Shown in pieces: positions 52,672-60,588 of a stretch of DNA of 64,000 bases. The notes under the pieces are model-generated. The model did not search any database and was not told where the DNA came from. It saw only the letters and a list, made by a program, of their open reading frames with translations. Each line of letters starts with the position of its first letter. The stretch's first letter is position 1. The position numbers and the translations under genes were made by a program. Source of the DNA: an uncultured Planctomycetia bacterium (GTDB taxonomy: Bacteria > Omnitrophota > Gorgyraeia > JABMRG01 > JAFGKX01); NCBI GenBank assembly GCA_964570585.1, contig CAZMYR010000003.1, forward strand, positions 22,749 to 86,748, read 5' to 3'.

Positions 52672-53217
52672 TTATTCTAAATAACCTAGATATTTATCAT
52701 AGGGACTTTCGATAGTATAGTTACGTGTTTGTATAACGCACTCACCTACTTTTTTTTCGTCTTCTGCAGTATTGTCAGCTTTCCGAAAATGTATTGCCCA
52801 GGTACCGGGAGTAGTAGTATTATCCACCCAATATTCGCATACATCTCTAGGAAGAGTTATATTTAATTCATGCTCAACTTCCGCATTGCCATGAGCGCTA
52901 CTAGTATAAACAAAATTATCAGCATCGGCCGCAGTCCAGTCAAAATAAGCACCAATTTTAAAATTATAATACTTCTCTCCTGCAAGAATTAGCTGTATGG
53001 TATTCGGTACTTCCTTCAATTCTGTCCTTATACGAAATGTTTGAAATCGGGGATACATTATTGTAGCAAGAACACCGATAATAACTACGACTATTAATAA
53101 TTCTATTAAGGTAAGCCCCGTTACAAATTTACGTTTGCTATACTTGAAAATATAATTTTTAAATATATTTTGTATGCTTTGGTTAATTTGTAACGGGGTA
53201 AAGGAGTTCCTTTTCAT
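52672..53217 (-). CDS. Type IV pilin-like protein (paralog)
   Basis: G|LTLIELLIVVVIIGVLATIMYP; shares LKEVPNT..IL with its neighbour. Confidence 0.88.
   Translation of the reverse strand: MKRNSFTPLQINQSIQNIFKNYIFKYSKRKFVTGLTLIELLIVVVIIGVLATIMYPRFQTFRIRTELKEVPNTIQLILAGEKYYNFKIGAYFDWTAADADNFVYTSSAHGNAEVEHELNITLPRDVCEYWVDNTTTPGTWAIHFRKADNTAEDEKKVGECVIQTRNYTIESPYDKYLGYLE
53116..53198. mobile_element. Family F element in frame in the pilin leader (TAAG/TAAA flanks)
   Basis: Same termini as 52555-52616; 83+4=87 nt. Confidence 0.82.
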
Positions 53218-53849
53218 CTTATTCCCCTTTTTGTCTTTTTCTGGTTATAAACCTCGTTCAATAGTTGTTCTGTGGTCTCTATATCAGGATTTTGTTCAAG
53301 AGCACTCTTTACCATCCGGTCTGCCTCGGTCTTTTTATATTGAAGCTGGCTTAAAACTTCTAATGCCTCTTCTTCTATATCTTTCCTTAAAGCTATCTCA
53401 TCGGGTTTAAATCTATCTTTTATAAGACCGAACCTGCCAACTTTACCCTGAAGCTTTGCAATTATCTGCTTTGCCCTTTGCTCTCCTATGCCGGGTAGGC
53501 ATCTGAGGTGTGAGGTGTCTGCCGATTCTATAGCTTGAATAATCATTGATATCGGTTCACTCAATGCCTTAACAGCAGCCTTAGGCCCTACGCCAGAAAC
53601 GGTTATAAATTTTTCGAAGAATTCCTTTTCTATCTGATTTGTAAATCCGATCAACACCGGAGTGCTCCTTGCCGGGTCATTTGCAAGATAATGGAAAGTT
53701 ATCAGTTCTATCTCATTGCCAATCCTGGCATCTTTTAAATCGTTCAATACCGTAAGCGGAACCAGAATCTCATATCCTATGCTATTTATTTCGATAAGTA
53801 AACTGGCTTCATTCTTCCTGATTAGCTTGCCTTTGATTCTGGATATCAT
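53214..53849 (-). CDS. ruvA: Holliday junction DNA-binding protein RuvA
   Basis: MISRIKG, IGYEI, VSGVGPKAA, LPGIG. Confidence 0.96.
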   Translation of the reverse strand: MISRIKGKLIRKNEASLLIEINSIGYEILVPLTVLNDLKDARIGNEIELITFHYLANDPARSTPVLIGFTNQIEKEFFEKFITVSGVGPKAAVKALSEPISMIIQAIESADTSHLRCLPGIGEQRAKQIIAKLQGKVGRFGLIKDRFKPDEIALRKDIEEEALEVLSQLQYKKTEADRMVKSALEQNPDIETTEQLLNEVYNQKKTKRGIR

Positions 53850-53854
53850 AAGTA

Positions 53855-54004
53855 TAGGAACGTTTCCAAAATCAAAGAGGCAAATGTAGGAACGTTTCCA
53901 AAATCAAAGAGGCAAATGTCCCCATAAAGGGGACACTTGCCCCTTAGATTTCGGAAACGTTCCTGGGGACACTTGCCCCTTAGATTTCGGAAACGTTCCT
54001 TTCT
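53855..54004. repeat. Family C variant with both arms tandemly duplicated, forming the ruvC C-terminus
   Basis: 32-nt unit x2 (53855-53918) and 36-nt unit ggggacacttgccccttagatttcggaaacgttcct x2 (53929-54000), followed by ttct. Confidence 0.88.
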
Positions 54005-54470
54005 GTTTATATATATGTGTCAAACACAAAGCCAGAGCATCAGTTATATCTGCCGGTCCCTTAGAAGGTTTTAGATTCAAAAGGCCTTCTACTGTACGCT
54101 GAACCTGCTGCTTCGAGGCATTGCCATTGCCAGTTACAGCTTGCTTTACTGTCTTAGCCGGATAATTAACCAGCTCTAAATTTTCTAAACCGCAAGCTAA
54201 AACAATAATCCCTCTGGCATGACCCATTAGAATTGCTGTCATCGGATGCCTGTAATGAGAATAGAGTTTTTCTAGAATGCAAACTTTGGGTCTGGTCTCT
54301 TTGATTAAATTTAAAACTTGGGAATAGATGATATTAAGACGGATGCGTAGATTTTGTTTACCGGATGTTTTTATTGTGCCTGCTTCTACAATTTTTATAT
54401 TCCCTCTATTTTGCACAACTACGCCATATCCGGTTACATTCAGGCCTGGATCTATTCCTAGAATTCGCAT
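53904..54470 (-). CDS. ruvC: Holliday junction resolvase RuvC
   Basis: MRILGIDPG, VKQAVTGNGNASK, DITDALA; start at 54470. Confidence 0.96.
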   Translation of the reverse strand: MRILGIDPGLNVTGYGVVVQNRGNIKIVEAGTIKTSGKQNLRIRLNIIYSQVLNLIKETRPKVCILEKLYSHYRHPMTAILMGHARGIIVLACGLENLELVNYPAKTVKQAVTGNGNASKQQVQRTVEGLLNLKPSKGPADITDALALCLTHIYKQKGTFPKSKGQVSPGTFPKSKGQVSPLWGHLPL

Positions 54471-54474
54471 ATCT

Positions 54475-54538
54475 TTCGTCGTGCGTCGTGCGTTCTTCGT
54501 CGTACGTCGTACGTCGTACGTCGTAATACGCAATACAT
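54475..54538. repeat. 7-nt tandem array
   Basis: cgtcgtg x2, cgttctt, cgtcgta x4. Confidence 0.82.
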
Positions 54539-54542
54539 ACCT

Positions 54543-55292
54543 TTATCCGCTTGCCTCCAATATTATGCTATCAGGTATATCAAAGTTCGAATAGACGTTT
54601 TGGACATCATCGTGGTCTTCTAAGCCTTCTATTAATGACAAAACGCTTCTTGCAGGAGCACCTTCTACCCTAACGGTGCTGGATGGAATCATGGTTATCT
54701 CATCAGATTCTATTTTTATATTAGACTTTTCAAATGCAGTTTTTACCTTTTCAAAATCAGCCACGCTGGTAGTTATCTCATACATATCGCCTTCAGTCTT
54801 CATATCCTCTGCGCCAGATTCTAAGGCTGCACTCATAAGGATATCCTCATCTACACCCTGTTTTTTTACAAGAATAAACCCTTTCTTTTTAAATATCCAC
54901 TGAACACTGCCCTGCCCGGCCATACTGCCGCCTTTTTTCGAGAAAATGGTTCTTATTTCTGCGGTTGAGCGATTTTTATTATCGGTGAGTACCTCAACTA
55001 ATATTGCTACACCTTTTGACCCATACCCCTCATAAATAACTTCTTCGTAAGTTATGCCTGGTAGCTCTCCTGTGCCCTTTTTAATGGCCCTTTCAATATT
55101 ATCTGATGACATATTGCAAGACTTGGCTTTATTCACAACTAATCTTAAGGATGGATTAATATTAACATCGCCGCCTCCCTGCCTGGCTGCGACTGTTATC
55201 TCTTTAGCCAATTTTGAAAATAACTTACCTCGTTTAGCATCTACTGTTGCTTTTTTATGTTTAATTCCTGCCCATTTTGAATGGCCTGACAT
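54543..55292 (-). CDS. yebC: YebC/PmpR family protein
   Basis: MSGHSKW, YEGYG, TDNKNR, DDVQNVYSN. Confidence 0.96.
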   Translation of the reverse strand: MSGHSKWAGIKHKKATVDAKRGKLFSKLAKEITVAARQGGGDVNINPSLRLVVNKAKSCNMSSDNIERAIKKGTGELPGITYEEVIYEGYGSKGVAILVEVLTDNKNRSTAEIRTIFSKKGGSMAGQGSVQWIFKKKGFILVKKQGVDEDILMSAALESGAEDMKTEGDMYEITTSVADFEKVKTAFEKSNIKIESDEITMIPSSTVRVEGAPARSVLSLIEGLEDHDDVQNVYSNFDIPDSIILEASG

Positions 55293-55293
55293 A

Positions 55294-57345
55294 TCACGCT
55301 CCTGAAGCTTCCTCTTTCACTGCCTTCGCCTTCGCTATTATCTGTTGAGCTACCTTATCCGGCACCTGCTCATAACGAGAAAATTTCATTGTGTAGGAAC
55401 CTTTGCCTGCTGTCATAGAACGTAACTCTGTCGCATATTTAAGCATCTCAGCCAAAGGTACCTGTGCTTTTACTATCTGATTTGCACCTTTGGGTTCCAT
55501 TCCCATAATTCTTCCTCTTCGAGAATTTAAATCGCCGGTTATGTTTCCCATAGCATCTTCAGGCACTACTACCTCTACATCCATAATCGGCTCTAATAAC
55601 ACAGGGTTGGCTTGTTTTAATCCATTTTTCATCGCGGTACTTGCTGCAATCTTAAATGCCATTTCGGAGGAATCCACTGTATGAAAGGACCCATCAAAAA
55701 GGGTAACCTTAACACCCGCCACCGGCGCACCGATTAATATCCCTGCTTGCATAGTTGCTTTTACGCCTTTCTCAACGCCGGGAATATACCCTCTTGGTAT
55801 AGCCCCACCGGCAATCTTATCCACAAACTCATAATTTTCGCCTCGAGGAAGCGGTTCAAGCTTAAGATAAACTTCACCATACTGGCCATGGCCTCCTGTC
55901 TGCTTCTTATGTTTATAACTGACCTCGACCTTCTTCCTTATAGTTTCTTTATAGGCCACCTTGGGCGTGCCAATCTCAACCTCAACTTTAAAATTCCTCT
56001 TCAGCCTTTCAATCATAATCTTAAGATGTAAGTCCCCTAATCCCGATACTATCAATTCTTTTGTCTGTTGATTCCTTCCATACTTAAATGTTGGGTCCTC
56101 ACTGCCCAATTTTGAGAGAGCGGTCATTATCCTTTCTTCATCTTGTCTGGTCTTTGGCTCAAGTGATAATGATATAGCAGGCTCCGGCATTTTAATTGTA
56201 TCAAATTCAAGCTGCCTTGATTCGTTGCATATAGTATCACCTGTGGTTGTCTCCTTTAATTTTGCGACTGCAGCTATATCGCCGGCCCGGACCTTGTCTA
56301 TCCCTTCCTGCTCTTTTCCCTTAAGCAGAAATATCTGGCCTATTTTTTCCCTGGCAGATTTATTTACATTATAAAATCCTGTATTGGATGGCAGGCTTCC
56401 GGAAAACACTCTAAAGATGGTAAGTTGTCCGACGTAAGGATCGATGATTGTCTTGAAAACTTGTGCAGCAAAAGGTTCATCAGCGGAAACTTTATATTTT
56501 ATAGGATTGGTTCCATCGGGCGAGGTAGCCTGTATTAGGGCTGCATCTTGTGGCGAAGGAGCAAATTTTATAATACCATTTATAAGCTCATCTACGCCAA
56601 TTCCTTTAGTAGCCGAACCGCAAAATACAGGATGTGTATTGCCTATACTTACTGCCTTTTTAAGGCCATTTATTATTTCATCCTGAGAGAGCTCTTCTCC
56701 CACAAGATATTTTTCGATTAATGCATCATCTGTTTCAGCTATTGCCTCTATAAGCTGCTCTCTATATTTTAGGGCCTTATCTTTATCATCGCCTGAAATA
56801 CTCTCGACGGTAGCCTTATTCAATAAATCAACCACCTTCTCAAAAGAGGTTTCTTTACCTATCGGATATGTAATAGGGACGCAATTTTTTCCAAATTCTT
56901 TCTGCACTGCCTCAATCGTTTTCTCAAAACTTGAATGTTCCTTATCTAACTTATTTATAAATAAAAATGAAGGCTTTTTAGCTTCTTTTAACATATCCCA
57001 CATCCGGGACGTGCCTATCTCTACTCCGTTTACCCCGCATACTAAACACAGCCCACAGCCAGCAGCACGAAGAGATGAAAAAACTCCACCTATAAAATCT
57101 GCATAACCCGGGGTATCTAAAAGATTTATTCTTTTTGAGTCTTTTTCAATGCTAAGCACCTTTGGATCAATCGTAATCTTTCTTTCAATTTCATCCGGGT
57201 TATAATCGCACATACTGGTACCTTCATCAACGCTACCACGTCTTGTGTTTACCTTTGCAGCAAATAGTATAGAATCTATTAAAGATGTCTTTCCGGCACT
57301 CGAATGAGATAAAAATACAATATTTCTTATATCCTTAACATCCAT
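55294..57345 (-). CDS. fusA2: Elongation factor G-like protein (EF-G2)
   Basis: HSSAGKTSL, DTPGYADF, GLGDLHL, KKQTGGHGQY; divergent G1/G2 motifs. Confidence 0.92.
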   Translation of the reverse strand: MDVKDIRNIVFLSHSSAGKTSLIDSILFAAKVNTRRGSVDEGTSMCDYNPDEIERKITIDPKVLSIEKDSKRINLLDTPGYADFIGGVFSSLRAAGCGLCLVCGVNGVEIGTSRMWDMLKEAKKPSFLFINKLDKEHSSFEKTIEAVQKEFGKNCVPITYPIGKETSFEKVVDLLNKATVESISGDDKDKALKYREQLIEAIAETDDALIEKYLVGEELSQDEIINGLKKAVSIGNTHPVFCGSATKGIGVDELINGIIKFAPSPQDAALIQATSPDGTNPIKYKVSADEPFAAQVFKTIIDPYVGQLTIFRVFSGSLPSNTGFYNVNKSAREKIGQIFLLKGKEQEGIDKVRAGDIAAVAKLKETTTGDTICNESRQLEFDTIKMPEPAISLSLEPKTRQDEERIMTALSKLGSEDPTFKYGRNQQTKELIVSGLGDLHLKIMIERLKRNFKVEVEIGTPKVAYKETIRKKVEVSYKHKKQTGGHGQYGEVYLKLEPLPRGENYEFVDKIAGGAIPRGYIPGVEKGVKATMQAGILIGAPVAGVKVTLFDGSFHTVDSSEMAFKIAASTAMKNGLKQANPVLLEPIMDVEVVVPEDAMGNITGDLNSRRGRIMGMEPKGANQIVKAQVPLAEMLKYATELRSMTAGKGSYTMKFSRYEQVPDKVAQQIIAKAKAVKEEASGA

Positions 57346-57417
57346 CAGTTAGGAAAATTACTTTCTGTTCTGTGTATGAAATTAATTACAGGTGTGAAGT
57401 ATTTCAATATAAAACTA

Positions 57418-57447
57418 ATTATAATAGCGGAGCACCAGTATTGTCAA
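57418..57447 (-). promoter_or_regulatory. Putative sigma70 promoter of the fusA2-yebC-ruv operon
   Basis: TTGACA-18 nt-TATAAT. Confidence 0.6.
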
Positions 57448-57674
57448 GCAAAAAGGGATGGTCTTTTGTTGCACTGCGGAGAATGAGTTCTTTAACTTCT
57501 GATAGCCCAACAAATTGGGCAACTAACCATTCTTGTCCACGGTGATGTAATAGCAATGCACAGGGGAAGTTTCTACATAAATCAGCCAGGCCACTGGAGT
57601 ACTTATCTGTAATATCCTTGAGCCTGATGGTATATTCTGCAAGCTCTTTAATATTGCTGTGTTTTTGTTATTCA

Positions 57675-57743
57675 TCCCGCACCTTCCTTCATTCCCGCTT
57701 ACCTTCTTAATATTGCAAATTTGAATACAAAGAAGGTGCGGGA
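57675..57743. mobile_element. MITE-like element family E, copy 2 (69 bp, TTCA duplication)
   Basis: tcccgcaccttc / gaaggtgcggga flanked by TTCA at 57671-57674 and 57744-57747. Confidence 0.8.
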
Positions 57744-57744
57744 T

Positions 57745-58035
57745 TCATATATTCATCTCCACTTTCTTTCTTAATCTATGTAAATCCTCCACTATCTTAT
57801 CAATGTTGACTACGCGTTTTATCTTAGGGAGCCCAAAGGCGACCATCCTCACCCTCGCCGGGCCTATCACACTTTTATTTATTGTGTCTTTATCAATCGC
57901 TGTTTGTTTTTGCCAGGCTTGTGTAATCACCGGAGTTACTGCACTAAAACCAGCAGCAAGCGCTGGTAACGCCTTTCCGTTTGACAAAACTTGAGATAAA
58001 ATAATTATAACGATGATAAATTTAATCAGTCTCAT
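57745..58035 (-). CDS. Hypothetical exported protein
   Basis: N-terminal hydrophobic signal-like segment; AAGGAG RBS; overlaps the upstream gene. Confidence 0.6.
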   Translation of the reverse strand: MRLIKFIIVIIILSQVLSNGKALPALAAGFSAVTPVITQAWQKQTAIDKDTINKSVIGPARVRMVAFGLPKIKRVVNIDKIVEDLHRLRKKVEMNI

Positions 58036-58366
58036 TTTTTGCTCCTTTCTTTAATTTCTTTAATTCTTCTGCAAGGTTAGGAAGCGCTTTTTTTAAAAGT
58101 TCACCTATTCTTTGTTCTAACTCTTCTTGCGAGTGCACCAAATTGCCTGATATCTCCATTTTCCTAACCGCCTCTACTATCGCCTGTATTATTTCTGTTC
58201 GAGAAAGTTTTTTTCCGGTTGAAAACAAGGCATCTTTGCTAATTTTGTCTATAAAATCTAACTGCTCCCTTGCAAGAAATGCAATAACCCTGCCTACATG
58301 TTTAGCATTATGGCTAATCTGTGCAAACCGAGAGGGGCGTTTATGATTTATGTGTGTGTTTGTCAT
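58022..58366 (-). CDS. Hypothetical protein, possible ribbon-helix-helix DNA-binding protein
   Basis: RVIAFLAREQLDFIDKIS...LSRTEIIQAIVE pattern; ATG at 58366 after GGAGGT. Confidence 0.6.
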   Translation of the reverse strand: MTNTHINHKRPSRFAQISHNAKHVGRVIAFLAREQLDFIDKISKDALFSTGKKLSRTEIIQAIVEAVRKMEISGNLVHSQEELEQRIGELLKKALPNLAEELKKLKKGAKNETD

Positions 58367-58382
58367 TTTAGATACCTCCAAT

Positions 58383-58424
58383 AAAAAAAAGCCCTATTCT
58401 TACCTAAGAAAGAATAGGGCTTTT
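58383..58424 (-). terminator. Intrinsic terminator of the riboswitch expression platform
   Basis: AAAAGCCCTATTCTT-loop-AAGAATAGGGC followed by a U8 tract. Confidence 0.85.
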
Positions 58425-58438
58425 AAACTTCCGCTCTA

Positions 58439-58523
58439 TTCTTTCGGCAGCCCGACTCTCCCAGACTCGTGGGACTCGTAGCTTTGCGTCCCATTCTTAC
58501 GAATGGTTTGCCTTTATCGAGAA
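58439..58523 (-). ncRNA. c-di-GMP-I (GEMM) riboswitch aptamer
   Basis: Minus strand GATAAAGGCAAACCATTC-GTAA-GAATGGGACGCAAAGCTAC...GGGCTGCCGA matches the GEMM P1/P2/P3 consensus. Confidence 0.88.
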
Positions 58524-58556
58524 TTTCCTTTAAAAGAGCTTTTTGTTTCTACATTA

Positions 58557-58585
58557 AGTATGCCCAATATTTTTAAAAAAGTCAA
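58557..58585 (-). promoter_or_regulatory. Putative promoter upstream of the riboswitch
   Basis: TTGACT-17 nt-CATACT about 30 nt upstream of the aptamer. Confidence 0.55.
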
Positions 58586-58662
58586 GAGGTGAGAAGATAT
58601 TTTTTTATTTTTGTACTTTTGTCACTTTTTACATTTGTGAATCGCCAACGAAAGTCCCATAC

Positions 58663-58941
58663 CAATTCTCGCAGAGACGCATCGTTAGGTTTTGTGTGCT
58701 TTGCCTCCGCTTGCCGCTTGCTCAGGTCTGTGGCAATTCTCGCAGGGACGCAAAAAATCCCCAGCGTGGATTTTTTGCTCTGTCCTCGGCCTCGCTCTTT
58801 TTGTCCCGAAATTTCGGGATAAGAAACCATGCCCGCTCGGCCTGCGCAAGCCCTGCTCGAATTGCCACAGGACCTTCGCTTTTGTTGACAGTCGCTACGG
58901 CAAAGCACACAAAACCTTTAGACTCCGCCCTGTTCAAATTG
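58663..58941. other. Large nested palindromic GC-rich structure
   Basis: 19-bp perfect IR 58687-58705/58899-58917, 12-bp IR 58728-58739/58859-58870, inner hairpins. Confidence 0.75.
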
Positions 58942-59020
58942 TTATAGGAGCTTCTGCTTTAAATCCAAACAAAATATTATCCTACAAAAGTAAAAACTAA
59001 AGGGGTGGACGCAGAGAGGA

Positions 59021-59218
59021 AAATAGGCGCTCGGGGTATCGTGGAGCGAGACATTAGAAATTTTTTACCAAATGTCTTTTTAGGATTTATGGCGAGTGAG
59101 ACGACGGAACTGACTCGCTACTTTCTAGCTAAAGAATTCCGTCAAGCGAACGAGCCATAAGTTCAAAAAGACGGCAAAAAATTTCAGTCTCGCGAAACAA
59201 TACCCTGAGCGCCTATTT
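59021..59218. other. ~200-nt rod-like hairpin abutting the guaB3 stop
   Basis: Six successive complementary blocks from aaataggcgctc/gagcgcctattt inward to gacggaa/ttccgtc. Confidence 0.75.
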
Positions 59219-60373
59219 CCCCATGCCGATATTCTGGGCTCGCTGGAAGACTTTTCCTTCGGTTTGGATAGATGGGGCGATTATCAGCTTTGTTTTCTGC
59301 ATTTCTTTTATATTGCGGGCGCCGACATTGCCCATAGAAGTGGTGAGTGCACCCATTAAATTCTGAGTTCCATCATCCAATCTTGCAGGGCCGAATAATA
59401 TCTCTTTTAATGTGCCGGTCGTTCCCACCTTTATTCTGGTGCCACGTGGCAGGTTTGCGTGAGGAGTAGCCATACCCCAGTGATAACCTCCGCCAGGGGC
59501 TTCTTTTGCTCTGGCAAAAGCAGAACCTACCATAACAGCATCGGCACCGGAGGCAAATGCCTTGCATATATCCCCACCGGTACTCATTCCACCGTCTGTT
59601 ATAATGGGGATGTATTTTTTCTTCTTCTTAAAATAATTGTTTCTTGCTGCAACACAATCGACAGTAGCAGTCACTTGCGGAAGACCAATTCCTAAAACTC
59701 CTCTTGTGGTGCAGGCAGCGCCAGGGCCGATTCCTACCAAAAGGCCGTTTATTCCTGTTTCCATAAGCTCAAGCGTAGTTTTGTAGCTGCAGGTATTTCC
59801 GACAATTACAGGGATTTTCATGTTTTGGCAGAATTTTTTAAAATTTAGCACCTTGTATTCTTTGGATATATGTTTTACGGTTGTAACTGTTGACTGGACC
59901 ACAAATATATCACATCCGGCATCCTGGGCTATTTTGCCGAACCTCTCCGCTCTTTGCGGTATGGCACTTACTACTGCCGGAACTCCTTTAGATTTAATTT
60001 CCTTTATCCTTTTTACTATTAACTTCTCTTTTATTGGCTTCGTATATATGCTTTGGACTAGTTCAGTCGCTTCCTGAGGCGCGGCTTTAGCTATTTTCCT
60101 CAAAACAATATCTGGATTTTCATATCTTGTCTGGATGCCCTCTAAATTTAATACAGCAAAACCTCCGAGTTTGCCAAAGGCAATTGCAAATCGGACATTA
60201 ACCACTCCGTCCATCGCTGCTGCGATTATAGGGACATGAAATTTGTGTTTGTCTATCTTCCAGGATGTATCAACTTCATTTGGGTTTATGGTTACATCAC
60301 CGGGAACAAGTGCTACTTCATCAAAGCCATAACAACGTCTTGCGGTTCTATCTTTTCCTATATATAATCCCAT
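59213..60373 (-). CDS. guaB3: GuaB3-family IMP dehydrogenase-related protein
   Basis: GFDEVALVPG, AAAMDGVV, VGIGPGAACTTRGVLG, HWGMAT; no CBS domains. Confidence 0.9.
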   Translation of the reverse strand: MGLYIGKDRTARRCYGFDEVALVPGDVTINPNEVDTSWKIDKHKFHVPIIAAAMDGVVNVRFAIAFGKLGGFAVLNLEGIQTRYENPDIVLRKIAKAAPQEATELVQSIYTKPIKEKLIVKRIKEIKSKGVPAVVSAIPQRAERFGKIAQDAGCDIFVVQSTVTTVKHISKEYKVLNFKKFCQNMKIPVIVGNTCSYKTTLELMETGINGLLVGIGPGAACTTRGVLGIGLPQVTATVDCVAARNNYFKKKKKYIPIITDGGMSTGGDICKAFASGADAVMVGSAFARAKEAPGGGYHWGMATPHANLPRGTRIKVGTTGTLKEILFGPARLDDGTQNLMGALTTSMGNVGARNIKEMQKTKLIIAPSIQTEGKVFQRAQNIGMGK

Positions 60374-60389
60374 CTGCTTCTCCTTTGCA

Positions 60390-60486
60390 GTTCTAAAAGT
60401 TCTAAAGGTTCTAAAGGTTCTAAAAGTTCTAAAAGTTCTGAACTTTTGGAACTTTTTAACTTTTTAAACTTTTTTAACTGTTTAAC
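60390..60486. repeat. 9-nt tandem array with inverted arms in the guaB3 leader
   Basis: gttctaaa(a/g) x5 then (g)aactttt units ending aactgttt. Confidence 0.9.
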
Positions 60487-60492
60487 CTACAG

Positions 60493-60520
60493 ATTATATC
60501 CACATGCAAAATTATGTCAA
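60493..60520 (-). promoter_or_regulatory. Sigma70 promoter of guaB3
   Basis: TTGACA-16 nt-TATAAT. Confidence 0.7.
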
Positions 60521-60532
60521 TACAAATTGCTT

Positions 60533-60588
60533 ACACAGATAATCGCAGATTTAGAACAGATGATAGCAGATATCCCTGATTATCTGTG
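60533..60588. repeat. ~10-nt RCAGAT tandem array
   Basis: acacagat aatcgcagat ttagaacagat gatagcagat ... atctgtg. Confidence 0.7.

Noticed and set aside
52099-53217. Pilin pair as a diversity-generating retroelement or shufflon target
   Set aside because: No reverse transcriptase or recombinase in the window, and no adenine-specific near-duplicate; divergence looks like ordinary paralogy.
53855-54000. 32-36-nt repeats resembling a CRISPR array
   Set aside because: Units are directly adjacent with no spacers, form inverted arms, and no cas genes are present.
58582-59000. Five overlapping ORFs on both strands
   Set aside because: Open frames arise from a GC-rich palindrome; no recognisable protein features or RBS.
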